Assembly (NCBI GenBank): GCA_965248055.1
Contig: CBDFIJ010000004.1
Span: 2,176,001-2,240,000 of the forward strand
Direction: 5' to 3'
Source of the DNA: Candidatus Multivoradales bacterium
GTDB taxonomy: Bacteria > Acidobacteriota > Thermoanaerobaculia > Multivoradales > JAHEKO01
Length of the DNA: 64,000 bases
A program made the translations under genes and the position numbers. Of the stretch, positions 29,403 through 40,380 are shown piece after piece (the first letter of the stretch is position 1; every line of letters begins with the position of its first letter). Below the pieces are notes generated by a model, which saw nothing but the letters and a program-made list of their open reading frames with translations, was not told the origin of the DNA and searched no databases.

Positions 29403-30032
29403 TTGAACAGTTGGCTTCAGGATCTGCGTTATGGCATTGCGGTGTTTACCGTGGCGATCGTGCCGTTGATATTGGTCTATTGGTATTTGATTCATTCGTT
29501 GACCCGATTGTGGAGGTGGATCGGCGTTCGAGGTACCTTTGCTATTGCTGGGACACTCTGTTTGGCCGCTTTTTGGACAACGGTCCATTTTCGCCAGCTC
29601 CACATGACCGCAGTTTGGCCATTTCACTGGATGCTGGTAATGATAGGAGTGGCGCTGTTGGCGGTTGCCTACAAGATCGAAAAAGAGTGTCATCGACTCC
29701 TAGCGTTAAGGGTCATGGTTGGCATTCCTGAGTTCGGCGACCAAGAGTGGGAAAACACGACCTTGCTCACCCAAGGGATCTACAGCCGAACCCGCAATCC
29801 TCGCTATTTAGCGATATTGCTAGGGATGCTGGGGATTGCCTTGATGGTGCAGTTTCCGGCGGTCTACTTGGCCTGGGTGGTTATTGTTCCCGGGACCTAT
29901 CTTTTGATTTTGCTGGAGGAGAGAGAGCTCAAAGGGCGATTTGGCCAAGAATACCGACGCTATCTAAATGATGTGCCACGATTGATTCTGCGGGCTCAGC
30001 GGAGCCACGACCCCGGTGATCGAGGACAGTGA
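29403..30032 (+). CDS. Isoprenylcysteine carboxyl methyltransferase / PEMT-family membrane protein
   Basis: LLTQGIYSRTRNPRY and EERELKGRFGQEYRRY..DVPR. Confidence 0.82.
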   Translation: MNSWLQDLRYGIAVFTVAIVPLILVYWYLIHSLTRLWRWIGVRGTFAIAGTLCLAAFWTTVHFRQLHMTAVWPFHWMLVMIGVALLAVAYKIEKECHRLLALRVMVGIPEFGDQEWENTTLLTQGIYSRTRNPRYLAILLGMLGIALMVQFPAVYLAWVVIVPGTYLLILLEERELKGRFGQEYRRYLNDVPRLILRAQRSHDPGDRGQ

Positions 30033-30056
30033 TCGAGGACTTTCGGAGGAGGAGCC

Positions 30057-32087
30057 ATGAAACGAGCAATGATTCTCATGAGTGGACACCTGTGGCTGAT
30101 GCTCGGTGCGTCTCTCGCAGCACAGCCCCCGCTGTTATCGGTCGAAACCGTCCGGGCGCTGGCAGACGAACTGTCAGGGACGCACGCCAAGTTGGTGGTC
30201 CAGGAGTTGACCGAACACCATCGGATGAGGGCGTCTCAGGGGTACCGTGCTGCGGCTGAGGCCGTGCTTCAACAAGCTGAGCAAGCTGGCCTGGAAACCG
30301 AGATAATCGAGCTTCCCGCCGATGGGAAGATCTATTATGGCACCCAGAGATCGCGCCCGGCATGGAATGTGGAGTTTGCTGAGCTTTGGCAAGTCGAGGA
30401 GAACGGCAACGACCTGCGGATAGCGTCGTATCAATTGCGCCCTTTGACCGTGGCTCAAGATAGCGCTTCGGGTCGTGCGGAAACCACACTGGTGGATATT
30501 GGAGTCGGCACTTCTGAGGTCGACTACCAAGGCAAAGAGATTGCCGGGAAACTGGTTTTGACCTCGTCGCAACCGGGTGCGGTGAGCGCGTTGGCGGTCG
30601 ACAAATATGGTGCCGCGGGCATCATTTCCTATGCCCAGAATCAAAAAAGCGCTTGGTGGGGTGAGGATCGCAACCTGGTGCGTTGGGGTCACCTGAACAC
30701 TTTCCCTGCGCCAACCACATTTGGATTCATGGTCACGGTCAATCAGGCACTGAAGTGGCAACAGGAGATAGCCGCTGGCAGGTCGGTGAATTTGCGAGCG
30801 GTGGTTGAGGCGGCGCGGCAATCGGGTGCCTACCTGATCCCCACCGCCTTGATTAGGGGAAGCGAGTTACCCGAAGACGAAATCGTGTTTTCCTGCCATC
30901 TCGATCATCCCCGTCCTGGCGCCAATGACAACGCCAGTGGCTGCGCGACGATTTTGGAGGTCGCTCGCGCGCTGGCCAAGCTGATTGACGAGGGCAAGAT
31001 CGAAAGACCTCGCAGGTCGATCCGCTTCGTATGGCCGCCAGAAATCGAAGGCACGATTGCACTGCTCAACGCCCGCCCAGAGATCGCGGAAAATGCTCGG
31101 GCGGTTCTCCACCTCGACATGGTGGGAGGCTCGGCCGAGGTCACCAAATCGATCTTTCACGTCACTCGTTCTCCACGCAGCTTGCCTACTTTTGTTAATG
31201 ACGTCAGTGAGGCCTTTGCACGGTTTGTTAACGAGCAGTCGTATTGGCATTCGGCGGGCAGAGAGGTGGAGTTCCCGTTGGTGGACCCGGAAGGAAGCCG
31301 CCAAGCGTTGCAGGCGCGTATTGCACCCTTCTTCATGGGTAGCGATCACCAAGTTTGGGCTGCAGGTTCTTTTCGCGTCCCGGCGATCTACCTCAATGAT
31401 TGGCCTGATCGCTACATCCACACCGACCGCGACCACCTGAGCAATATCGACAGCACCAAGCTGCTCCGGGCGGCTTTCATTAGTGCTGCTAGTGGCTACT
31501 ACTTGGCCAACTTGGGGACAGAGGAGATTGCAGACTTGTTGGCAGTCATCCACCGGCAGGCGGTGGAGCGCACGGCTGGTGTTTTGGCCGAAATGGAGCG
31601 TGCTGAAGGTTACGAAGAGGCCGCCAACCTCGCCGGCCAGCACGTGCTCTACGAGCAGGGAGTCATCGACTCGATCGGTACTTTTGTCTCTCTCTCCCCA
31701 GAGGCACAGCATCATGCAAAGCATCAGATCGCGCGCCTGCAGATTTTGGTCGGAGAGGGCAAGTCGAGTGACCTGGAGTCCTCGGACGAATTGATCTGCA
31801 CCCGGACCTTCAACCCCCGCGGGCCGATGAATGGATTTGGTTACAGCTATTTCTCCGACCAGCTCCAAAAGCAGAAACTGGAGCAACCCGAGCTGTTGTC
31901 CTATCAAGGTCGATCGGGCGGCGGAGCTGAGTACGCTTATGAAGTCTTGAACTTGATCGATGGCGAGCGCTCCGCTGCCAAGATCCGTGACGCGGTTGCC
32001 GCGACCTATGGGCCGGTGCCGGTTGAGACGGTGCGGGAGTATCTGCAGGCGTTGACACAGATCGGTGTCGTCGTGTGTGGTCAATAG
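30057..32087 (+). CDS. Secreted M28-family (DUF4910-like) aminopeptidase with PA domain
   Basis: Signal peptide; SCHLDH, GANDNASG, PPEIEG, LDMVG, GSDH, YIHT..D. Confidence 0.82.
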   Translation: MKRAMILMSGHLWLMLGASLAAQPPLLSVETVRALADELSGTHAKLVVQELTEHHRMRASQGYRAAAEAVLQQAEQAGLETEIIELPADGKIYYGTQRSRPAWNVEFAELWQVEENGNDLRIASYQLRPLTVAQDSASGRAETTLVDIGVGTSEVDYQGKEIAGKLVLTSSQPGAVSALAVDKYGAAGIISYAQNQKSAWWGEDRNLVRWGHLNTFPAPTTFGFMVTVNQALKWQQEIAAGRSVNLRAVVEAARQSGAYLIPTALIRGSELPEDEIVFSCHLDHPRPGANDNASGCATILEVARALAKLIDEGKIERPRRSIRFVWPPEIEGTIALLNARPEIAENARAVLHLDMVGGSAEVTKSIFHVTRSPRSLPTFVNDVSEAFARFVNEQSYWHSAGREVEFPLVDPEGSRQALQARIAPFFMGSDHQVWAAGSFRVPAIYLNDWPDRYIHTDRDHLSNIDSTKLLRAAFISAASGYYLANLGTEEIADLLAVIHRQAVERTAGVLAEMERAEGYEEAANLAGQHVLYEQGVIDSIGTFVSLSPEAQHHAKHQIARLQILVGEGKSSDLESSDELICTRTFNPRGPMNGFGYSYFSDQLQKQKLEQPELLSYQGRSGGGAEYAYEVLNLIDGERSAAKIRDAVAATYGPVPVETVREYLQALTQIGVVVCGQ

Positions 32088-32807
32088 GCCTTGGTGAGGC
32101 ATCTCCTTCTTTCTGTTAGATTTAACGGACACATGTCTGATGGTTGGAACGGATAGACAGTATTGTGGGTGGCCATAAGATTCTTTATGGTCTCTGCGCA
32201 AGTCTTTTTGAGTGTGTGTTTTAGGAATGTATTCCTCGCCAGATCAATGGTCATTTGAGCCTGGCACTGCGCTTGCGCTTGACCCCTTGCGCGCTACGGA
32301 TTAACCGTGGTGATCAACCTGGGAGGCTGAAAACCGTGAGAACAGAATCTTTGCCCTCAATCACCATCGCTTGCTGGTTAGCATGGGCGCTAGTGGTGGT
32401 GGTCACAGCACCGGTGGCGTCCCTTTGGGCTCAGGCATCGTTGTCGGTCAGCGACCCAGCGGTCGCTGTGCCTGAGAGGCCAACCGAGGTGACTTTCCTG
32501 ATCGAAACGATCACTGTTGAAGGTAATCGGCACTTTACTTCCGAAATCATTTTGTCTGAGTCGCTGTTGAGAGAGGGGCGAGAGTATTCGGAGCGACAGC
32601 TTCGAGAGGCGGTTAACCGAATCGTCCGGCTCCCTCTCGTTCTTGATGCCGAGTTCTTCCTTCGTAAAGGAAGCGATCGCGGACTACATACGTTGGTCAT
32701 TGAAGTGGAAGAAGCGAGTCGCTGGTTTTTCGGCTTTGACACTGAGTACAAGCGTGGGGATCGATCTGTGTTCTCTGAGAGTGTCGGGGATAGCCGTCGT
32801 CCTCTAG

Positions 32808-34123
32808 CAGCCTGCTGAAAAACGGGCAACGGAGCTAATTTCAGTGGTCATAACGGTCGAAGTACTTTGAATGTGGAGACGAATCAAGGTGGCTGGCGAG
32901 TTGAGGGTGTTGGTGACCCCTTGGGTCAGCTCTTCGATTCGCCCTACCGGGTGATTCGAGCGATTTGAGGAGCACTTGGGATAGAAATTCGTCATGTTGG
33001 CGCGCTCAGATTGGCTATTCGGAGCAAGTTAAACGCTGTTGCCGCAAAAGTGAAAGACCAACCGATGCGGGCTACGCCTCGAAACATCGGTCTGCGTTGC
33101 AGTCCGTACTGTTTGAGCCAGCCGAAGGGTGCCTCGACTCTCGGTCGTCTCGCCAAGCTGATCTCGTAACCTGCGTGGCGAGTGGTGCGTCGGTCAATCC
33201 GGCTGCGGCGATTCTTGGTGCTTTGCGCTACGTGAGGTGTCGCATTCAGCTTCCTCGCATTCTCTACAAACGCTCGGTTGTCATAGCCCTTGTCAGCACC
33301 CACCGTGACGCGATGATTGCTAGCCCGCTGCTCCAGCATGGCCAGAGCCGCTGTTGTCTCACCGTTGCCGGTGACGATGTTGACCTCGGTGTTGACAATC
33401 ATCCCGTGCCGGTTCTCGACCAGAATGTTGCCCCGGTAACTTAGTTTTGCTTCCTTACCACGGCCTTTTCGCGACAGCCGAGACTCGGGGTCGGTCGTCG
33501 AAGCGTGCGTTTGGTTCAACCGCTTCTGGCCTCGGAAGTCCGCTCCACCGTCCAGAGGTTTAACCTCTTCGTCCTTTGGCCGAAAGCTCTTGTGCGAAGC
33601 CCAAGCCTCGATCAGTGTGCCATCAACGCTGAAGTGATCCGGTGACAGCAGATCACGGTCCTCGGCTTGAGACAGCACCGCTGCAAACAGTTCTTCCGCG
33701 ATCGAACCTTCGAGCAAGCGCTCTCGGTTCTTGCAAAACGTCGTCGCGTCCCACACCCGCTCGTCGATACCAAGACCGACAAACCAGCGAAATAGAAGGT
33801 TGTACTCAAGTTGCTCCATCAGCTGGCGTTCACTACGCACGCTGAAGAGCACTTGAAGCAGCAATGCGCGGAGCAGACGCTCGGGGGGAATCGAAGGACG
33901 ACCACTCGAAGCGTAGATCGTCTCAAAACGCTCCGATAGCTCTCCAAGAGCTTCGTCCATCAAACTTCGGATCCGCCGCAACGGATGAGACCGAGGAATT
34001 CGCCGTTCCAGGTCAACGTAGCTGAACATTGATCCCTGACCTTGATCCGATCCACGCATCAAAACCTCCTATTCCCAATTATAGAATCGTTATGGTCAGG
34101 TGGTGGGGTTTTTCAGCAAGCTC
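32808..34123 (-). mobile_element. IS5-family insertion sequence
   Basis: IRs CAGCCTGCTGAAAAAC / GAGCTTGCTGAAAAAC; CTAG target duplication at 32804-07 and 34124-27. Confidence 0.92.
32992..34062 (-). CDS. IS5 transposase
   Basis: GRPSIPPERLLRALLLQ, SVDGTLIEAWAS, GADKGYD, R..VE..FGW.K. Confidence 0.93.
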   Translation of the reverse strand: MMRGSDQGQGSMFSYVDLERRIPRSHPLRRIRSLMDEALGELSERFETIYASSGRPSIPPERLLRALLLQVLFSVRSERQLMEQLEYNLLFRWFVGLGIDERVWDATTFCKNRERLLEGSIAEELFAAVLSQAEDRDLLSPDHFSVDGTLIEAWASHKSFRPKDEEVKPLDGGADFRGQKRLNQTHASTTDPESRLSRKGRGKEAKLSYRGNILVENRHGMIVNTEVNIVTGNGETTAALAMLEQRASNHRVTVGADKGYDNRAFVENARKLNATPHVAQSTKNRRSRIDRRTTRHAGYEISLARRPRVEAPFGWLKQYGLQRRPMFRGVARIGWSFTFAATAFNLLRIANLSAPT

Positions 34124-34950
34124 CTAGTGGGCGAGGACGAGGAGTTTCTGTTTATGGGGTGGAGAACAGCGATCGGGCGCAACGGGGTCGCCTCGGTCGC
34201 GGCGGAGGCTGGCCTCGGTACCAGGATTCAAGTTGGATACACGCACTACGATCTGTTCGGTCGCGGTGTACGCGCGAGCGCAAACTATCGATCAAGACCA
34301 GCGTCTGGAACTACATTCGATCGAACAGCGATTAGCGAACTTGACGTAGGAATTCCGCTGAAGGGGAATCATTCCTTGAACATCGTTGCTGTCAACACGA
34401 CAAATAGGGGTTCGTATTTATCCTTTTTCTATACTGAGGACGCAACTTCGATTGAGACATCGTGGCTGTTTAATACGCTCAACGACCCAGTCTTTCCAAC
34501 GTCAGGGCGTTTTGTCCGGTCGGGGGTCGAATTTGAACAGAGGCGCTCAGAGAGCTCAGGTATTGTCCACTTCAAGGATCAGGCCGAAAACATTTCAGCA
34601 GTTCTTACTGGAGATCAATATTGGCTGCTGTCTGAAACCAGCTCTCTTTCGGGAACGTTTGAGATTGGGACTAAGCAGGAATCGTTCGGAGATCGATGGC
34701 GAGCGGCTATTGGAACTCAGTACGCCAAGTTTCTCTGGCGCGACGTCCAGCGACCGCACTGGCGCGAGCTACGGTGGGAGACAAGCCTGGAAGTAGCGCA
34801 CAATATTTTCTCTTTCTCTGGCGATCCGGGCTCTTCTGGGATCAGCGATTCTCGCACGAACAGCGCTGGCTTATCCACAGGCTTGAAGTTTCGAAGCAAG
34901 AGCAGTGTATTGCGCTTGGCTCTCACCTACCAAGAGGTGGACCGGTCACG

Positions 34951-35583
34951 ATGAGAGTTCGAAGAACTCTGTTGGGTGTGGCGGTTTTGGTCAGCGTGTC
35001 TATGCAACCACTTTGGCCTCAGCCAGAGCTTGAGTCGGATGCGTCTGGAAACATGACACTCAAGAACCTCCCCTCGATCTTGAACGAGCCAGATCTTGAA
35101 CGATATTTGCTAAGCGGACTGACCACGACTGTAGTCGTGCGCATCGAGAATGATCAACGCGAAGTTGTCGGGGGGCTGCGTGTTGATCTTCGCTACGAAC
35201 TTTGGGATGAGATATTTTTTCTCACTGTGCTTGATCTTGTGAGTACTGAGTCCTCCTTGTTGCTGGATTCCGGTCAGGCACTGAACGCGTGGTGGAAAGT
35301 CTTGAAGATTCCCATTGTGGAGAGTGTGTCTAGCGTATCGACTTCGGAATTGCGCGTTACTCTCACGGTAGTGCCATTTTCTCGTACAGAGCAGGACGAT
35401 ACCCAACGCTGGTATGCGGAGTCAGTGCACCGAGGAGCACAGGGCTCGGAGACTACCGCTGGCGAAAGAAGAGAATCCCTTGAGCGCGTCTTTAGCGTCC
35501 TTATCGCCACTTCGATTCAGCGACGCCCTCTCGGATCGTATTCTTGGCGGGTGAGAGTTCCGGAAGAGAAGAGGGTGCGATGA
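34951..35583 (+). CDS. Periplasmic protein, DUF4390-like, upstream of the two-component system
   Basis: Signal peptide, L.SGLTTT and LRYELWDE. ATGA-coupled on both sides and sits before an NtrY/X-like pair. Family call is tentative. Confidence 0.5.
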   Translation: MRVRRTLLGVAVLVSVSMQPLWPQPELESDASGNMTLKNLPSILNEPDLERYLLSGLTTTVVVRIENDQREVVGGLRVDLRYELWDEIFFLTVLDLVSTESSLLLDSGQALNAWWKVLKIPIVESVSSVSTSELRVTLTVVPFSRTEQDDTQRWYAESVHRGAQGSETTAGERRESLERVFSVLIATSIQRRPLGSYSWRVRVPEEKRVR

Positions 35584-36791
35584 GGGTTTGGCAGCCTGTG
35601 TTGGCAACAGTGCTTGCTGCTGCGGCCATTTTCTATTTTTTCCAGGGATATCTAGTCCGCGCTTCATTCGATCTGACCTCTGACGGGGCCGTCATGTCCC
35701 AGATCGAAGCCTCTCTGGAGGATCAAAAAACCTTGGCGAAATTCGACCCTGGGAGCGAAGCGCTTTATCGCGCGCGGTTTGACGAGCTCGAGACAACAAC
35801 TCAACGTTTACGAATCCTCGACCACAACCGTGAGCGATTGGCACAACGGTATCAGTACATTCTGCTTGGCATTTTTTCTCTTAGTACCGTGTCTATGATG
35901 GTTGTTTACGGGCTTCGGCAAAGGCATCAGGCGATTCGTTTGGAGCACTTACGGGAAGCGATCACCCGGCTTGCTGAAGGGCGAACAGGATTAGTTTTGG
36001 GTTTGCGGGGTAGAGACACAATTGCGCGGATTGGTGACATGATCGAACGAACATCAAAGGTGATTGGACGGGATCGTCAGCGACTTGTGGCTCTACGCAA
36101 CCTGTCAAGTTGGCAAGAAGCAACTCGGAGGCTCGCGCATGAAATGCGTACCCCGCTGGCGGCAGCTCAGCTTGAGCTAGATCGGATGCGGAGCCAGGTT
36201 GTGTCTAAGGAACCTTCTGAAGAGGTCGACAAGACCGCTCGCAGCGTTGCTGAAGAACTTTCCCGCTTGGCCGCATTTACCCGTGGCTTTGCAAGCTTCG
36301 CTCAGCTTTCGCCGTTGAATCGGACCGAGGTGGATATTGGGGGGTTGGTGAACGAGTTCGTCCACACCTTTGACAAAGCGTGGGCCAACCTGGACTTGGT
36401 CCATGATCTGGAGCATGGTCGAAAAGCGTGCGTTGATGTCGGGCTGATGCGGCAGGTATTGACCAATTTGTGTGACAACAGCTCTAGAGCTCTCGGCGAC
36501 CAACAAGGGCGAGTGATGTTTCGTGTTGGAGGATCCGCTGAGGGGGTTCACATCGATGTTGCGGACGACGGTCCTGGAATACTGGAAGCGATGCGGGAGC
36601 GAATCTTTGAGCCGTATGCGTCAACTCAGTCTTCTGGCGAAGGGATGGGACTGGGAATGGCGATTAGCAAGAAAATCTTATTGGACCACGGCGGCGACCT
36701 TGAGTTGGTCACATCAACAAGCAGCGGGACAATCTTTCGCCTTATGTTACCTGTTGAGAGACAGCCTTCCCGAGATCGATGCGCGTCTTGA
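35580..36791 (+). CDS. Sensor histidine kinase (NtrY-like)
   Basis: Two TM helices; WQEATRRLAHEMRTPL H-box; NLCDNS, DDGPG, GMGLGM. Confidence 0.9.
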   Translation: MRVWQPVLATVLAAAAIFYFFQGYLVRASFDLTSDGAVMSQIEASLEDQKTLAKFDPGSEALYRARFDELETTTQRLRILDHNRERLAQRYQYILLGIFSLSTVSMMVVYGLRQRHQAIRLEHLREAITRLAEGRTGLVLGLRGRDTIARIGDMIERTSKVIGRDRQRLVALRNLSSWQEATRRLAHEMRTPLAAAQLELDRMRSQVVSKEPSEEVDKTARSVAEELSRLAAFTRGFASFAQLSPLNRTEVDIGGLVNEFVHTFDKAWANLDLVHDLEHGRKACVDVGLMRQVLTNLCDNSSRALGDQQGRVMFRVGGSAEGVHIDVADDGPGILEAMRERIFEPYASTQSSGEGMGLGMAISKKILLDHGGDLELVTSTSSGTIFRLMLPVERQPSRDRCAS

Positions 36792-38134
36792 TCGTCGAAG
36801 ACGACGCCAAGACGCGGGCGACGTTGCAAGCACAGTTACGTGACGAAGGGTTGGCACCAGTCGCCGTGGAGAGCGGCGAGGCTGCACTGGCAGAAATCGA
36901 ACGCGGAACCCCAGACCTGCTGCTGGTTGATATACGGCTCCCCTCCATGAGCGGAGTTGACCTGGTGCGGCAGCTTGCCAGCGAGAATCGCCTGCCACCA
37001 ACGATTATCTTGTCGGGAGAAGCGACGATTGCCGAGACCGTGGCGGCTCTTCAGCTAGGTGTGTACGACTTCCTAGAAAAGCCATTTCACCGTGAGCGGC
37101 TATTGCGGTCAGTTCGCAATGCACTGGAACACAAACAGCTTCGCAGTCAGGTTGCTCAATTGAGCGATCAATTGGTTCGCAGTCAGGAAATCGTAGGCCA
37201 GTCGAAAGCGATCGAGCAACTTCGATCGATGATCGCCAAACTTGCTCCAACCGACGCAAATATTTTGATCATGGGCGAGAGTGGAACCGGCAAGGAGCTG
37301 GTTGCAGAAGCAATCCACAGGCAAAGTGCCCGGGCAAAGTGTCCTCTGGTGAAAATCAACTGCGCGGCGATTCCAGCGCAGCTGATGGAGTCGGAACTGT
37401 TTGGACATGCACGCGGGGCCTTTACCGATGCTCGAACGAACAAGGCTGGTTTGTTTGAGGCAGCTCATGGGGGAACACTTTTTCTCGACGAAATCGGAGA
37501 AATGAACCGTGAGTTGCAAGCCGGACTGTTGCGAGTTTTGGAAGACGGACGAGTTCGGCGCCTCGGGGAAAATCAGGAGCGGTCTGTCGATGTTCGCGTC
37601 GTGACGGCTACCAATAAGGACTTGAGCGAGGCGGTCTCAACAGGGGAGTTCCGCGGCGATCTCTACTTCCGTGTGGCGAATATTCCAATTCAGGTTCCGT
37701 CATTGCGCGACCGAGGGGAAGACGTACGAGTGTTACTCCATCACTTCATGAAATCTTACGCGCGTCGCTACGATCACGAAGTGTTTGACATAGTTCCGGC
37801 GGTTCTGGATGCCTTGGACCGGCATTCGTGGCCGGGCAACGTGCGGGAGCTCAAGAATCTTTGTGAGCGGTTGGTAATACTCGGGTCCAACCCCATTACG
37901 TTGGATCAATTGCCCACGCTTACGGAAGGCGAGAGTCTAACTAAGTATCGACCGCGAGAGACCGTGTCTCTCCGTGAATTTCGTAGCGAAGCCGAAGCGA
38001 ATTACATTCGCCGAGTCCTGACGGAGACCGGCTGGAACGTTACCACCTCTGCAAGGAGGTTGGGACTTCGAAGAAGCTACTTGCATCAAAAAATGGCCAA
38101 CCTTGGCATCCAACGTCCACCAACGGAAGTTTGA
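36779..38134 (+). CDS. Sigma-54-dependent response regulator (NtrC/NtrX family)
   Basis: Receiver domain; [37 protein letters not shown]; Fis HTH. Confidence 0.93.
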   Translation: MRVLIVEDDAKTRATLQAQLRDEGLAPVAVESGEAALAEIERGTPDLLLVDIRLPSMSGVDLVRQLASENRLPPTIILSGEATIAETVAALQLGVYDFLEKPFHRERLLRSVRNALEHKQLRSQVAQLSDQLVRSQEIVGQSKAIEQLRSMIAKLAPTDANILIMGESGTGKELVAEAIHRQSARAKCPLVKINCAAIPAQLMESELFGHARGAFTDARTNKAGLFEAAHGGTLFLDEIGEMNRELQAGLLRVLEDGRVRRLGENQERSVDVRVVTATNKDLSEAVSTGEFRGDLYFRVANIPIQVPSLRDRGEDVRVLLHHFMKSYARRYDHEVFDIVPAVLDALDRHSWPGNVRELKNLCERLVILGSNPITLDQLPTLTEGESLTKYRPRETVSLREFRSEAEANYIRRVLTETGWNVTTSARRLGLRRSYLHQKMANLGIQRPPTEV

Positions 38135-38222
38135 ATTCTTGAAGTCACCAAGAATCGGAGAAGGCAAGTAGAATCTGAGACGCTGGTGCGAACTTGAATT
38201 GGCGCTGGCTAAGGTTTTCAAG

Positions 38223-39944
38223 ATGAATCGATTAAGTGCCAACGCTCTTCGGACTCTAGTTTCTTCGCTACTGTTGGTATCTAGTGCTTGCGCGATTGCG
38301 GTCAGTAGTCGCGATCCAGGGGCGGCCACTGTGGTTGAGCACTCTGCAGCGATTGCGATGCCGGACACCTATTCTGCGGCAGTTGCTCAGGCAGTCTTGG
38401 AGGCAGGAGGCAATGCGGTCGATGTGGCGGTTGCGGTGGGGTTTGCTTTGGCCGTCACCTACCCCGAAGCGGGGAACTTGGGTGGTGGGGGATTCATGTT
38501 GATCCGCATGGACGGTGAGACCGAGTTTCTCGATTACCGGGAAACTGCGCCGGCTGCAGCAGATCGCGATATGTACCTGGATGAACATGGAGAGGTGATC
38601 GCAGACGCGACCACGGTGGGCGTCTTGGCGGCTGGGGTGCCAGGGACGGTTGCCGGTCTGTGGGAGGCGCATCAGAGATACGGAACGCTGCCGTGGAAAG
38701 AACTGGTGGCGCCAGCGATCCGGTTGGCGAGCGACGGGTTCCTGCCGCACCGCAAGCTGATCGACAACATAGAGAAACAGCGGGTCCGGTTGGACGGAAA
38801 GACCAATTTCTTTGAACACTTCGGCCCGGTGCAGGTCGGGACGGTGTTTCGTCAGCCGGAGTTGGCTGTCGTCTTAGGTCGTATTTCCGAAAAAGAACGG
38901 AGCGGGTTCTACCGAGGGAAAACGGCGAAGCTGACGGTTGGTTACGTGCAAGAGAATGGCGGAATCCTGTCATTGGAGGACTTGGCCAGTTACCAACCGG
39001 TTTGGCGACGCCCACTGAGAGCCACCTGGAGGGAGTACCAAGTGGTGTCCGCGCCTCTGCCGAGTTCCGGTGGGTTCGCCGTGATTCAATTGCTCAAAAT
39101 GAAGGATGCTCTGGACGAAGCGTTTGCAGGACTGGAACACAACTCAGCTCAATACATTCACTTGGTAGCTGAAATCGAAAAGCGCGTCTTTGCCGACCGA
39201 GCCGAGTACCTCGGCGATCCAGATTTTGTCGATGTGGATGTCGAGGCGCTGATTGCTGACGACTACCTACTTCGTCGCGCAGCAGAGGTTCAAGCCGATC
39301 AGATCTCGGATATTGCCGCCGTGGGGCCAGGGCTGGAGTCCCCCGACACGGTGCACTATTCAATTGTTGACGGCTATGGCAACGCGGTGGCGAACACCAC
39401 CACCCTCAACTGGACTTTCGGCAGTGGGTCCGTGGTCGAAGGAGCGGGGTTTCTACTCAACGATGAAATGGATGACTTCAGCGTCAAACCAGGAGTACCA
39501 AACCTCTACGGAGTGATTGGCGGGGTGGCGAATGAGATTCAGCCAGGGAAAAGGATGTTGTCGTCGATGTCCCCCACCATGCTGCTCGAAGACGGCGAGG
39601 TGGCGATGGTGTTGGGAACCCCAGGAGGCTCAACCATCTTCACTTCGGTGTTTCAGGCGATCGTCAATATTCTGGATTTCGGCATGACCCCCGACCAAGC
39701 GGTGGCCGCGACCCGGTTTCACCATCAGTTGTTGCCAGCGGACTTAATCACTCACAGTGTCGCGAATCCACTTCCTCAGGCAACGATTCGCGCCCTTGAG
39801 GAACGCGGTTATCGAGCGCAACCCCACGACTGGGAGTTCGGCAACCTGCAAGTGATTTGGCGCGACGGCGATGTTCTGGTTCCGGCTTCCGATCCGCGCG
39901 GTCGCGGCGAGTCTCAATTTTTGATGCTTTTGGGAAAAGAGTAA
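38223..39944 (+). CDS. ggt: Gamma-glutamyltransferase
   Basis: GGNAVD, GNLGGGGF, DYRETAP, nucleophile TVHYSIVD, LNDEMDDF, RMLSSMSPT, GTPGGS, DPR. Confidence 0.95.
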   Translation: MNRLSANALRTLVSSLLLVSSACAIAVSSRDPGAATVVEHSAAIAMPDTYSAAVAQAVLEAGGNAVDVAVAVGFALAVTYPEAGNLGGGGFMLIRMDGETEFLDYRETAPAAADRDMYLDEHGEVIADATTVGVLAAGVPGTVAGLWEAHQRYGTLPWKELVAPAIRLASDGFLPHRKLIDNIEKQRVRLDGKTNFFEHFGPVQVGTVFRQPELAVVLGRISEKERSGFYRGKTAKLTVGYVQENGGILSLEDLASYQPVWRRPLRATWREYQVVSAPLPSSGGFAVIQLLKMKDALDEAFAGLEHNSAQYIHLVAEIEKRVFADRAEYLGDPDFVDVDVEALIADDYLLRRAAEVQADQISDIAAVGPGLESPDTVHYSIVDGYGNAVANTTTLNWTFGSGSVVEGAGFLLNDEMDDFSVKPGVPNLYGVIGGVANEIQPGKRMLSSMSPTMLLEDGEVAMVLGTPGGSTIFTSVFQAIVNILDFGMTPDQAVAATRFHHQLLPADLITHSVANPLPQATIRALEERGYRAQPHDWEFGNLQVIWRDGDVLVPASDPRGRGESQFLMLLGKE

Positions 39945-40059
39945 CTGGGGGAACCAAGGTTCCCAAGATGTTTGTTGGTTCCAATAATCGGGGCGATCTC
40001 TACGCCCTGAGCGTCGCCGCATGTCGCTACCCTCACCAGATAGTTCACACTCGGTAATT

Positions 40060-40323
40060 TCAGCGGCATCACCGGTGGCTGGAGCGGAAAATGAAGCTGC
40101 GATTCCAAACACGTACAACTAGTTGATAGAGCGGTTGCCATTGGCAAAACTTTCCCCTGATATCTGATACAGATTGATGACCGATTCATCGGGCCAGTTT
40201 GAATTCGAAACGGTTGGTGTAGGCAACTACCAGCTTTCGACCGCTCATCCGTCTGGGGCACAAAATACTATGGAGATCGTGGTGGTCGAGGGTTTCCAAG
40301 AAGTTGAAGTGGTGGTCAACTGA
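40060..40323 (+). pseudogene. Remnant of a carboxypeptidase-regulatory-like (Ig-fold) domain gene
   Basis: 40177-40323 reads MTDSSGQFEFETVGVGNYQLSTAHPSG...VEVVVN*. An upstream SPVAGAE fragment is separated from it by stop codons. Confidence 0.45.
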
Positions 40324-40380
40324 GACTTTGGTGACGACCAGTAGAAAACTATTTGGTGACGATCCAGCCCCAGGCTTGTC

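Larger units (their letters stand above)
32336..34954 (+). pseudogene. POTRA + beta-barrel (BamA/TamA-like) outer-membrane protein gene interrupted by IS5
   Basis: 5' part has a signal peptide and POTRA (IETITVEGN...LREGREYS..QLREAVNRI). Removing the IS and one CTAG gives an in-frame join ...RRPL|VGEDEEF.... The 3' part has YTHYDLFGRG and NTLNDPVFPTSG barrel motifs. Confidence 0.8.

Noticed and set aside
30867-32201. 444-aa minus-strand ORF (similar cases at 20299-21237 and 2380-3078)
   Set aside because: Antisense shadows of well-supported genes, with no recognisable motifs.
39949-39964. GGGAACC-AA-GGTTCCC hairpin after ggt as a fourth REP
   Set aside because: Only 7-bp arms and a different sequence; more likely a terminator-like hairpin.
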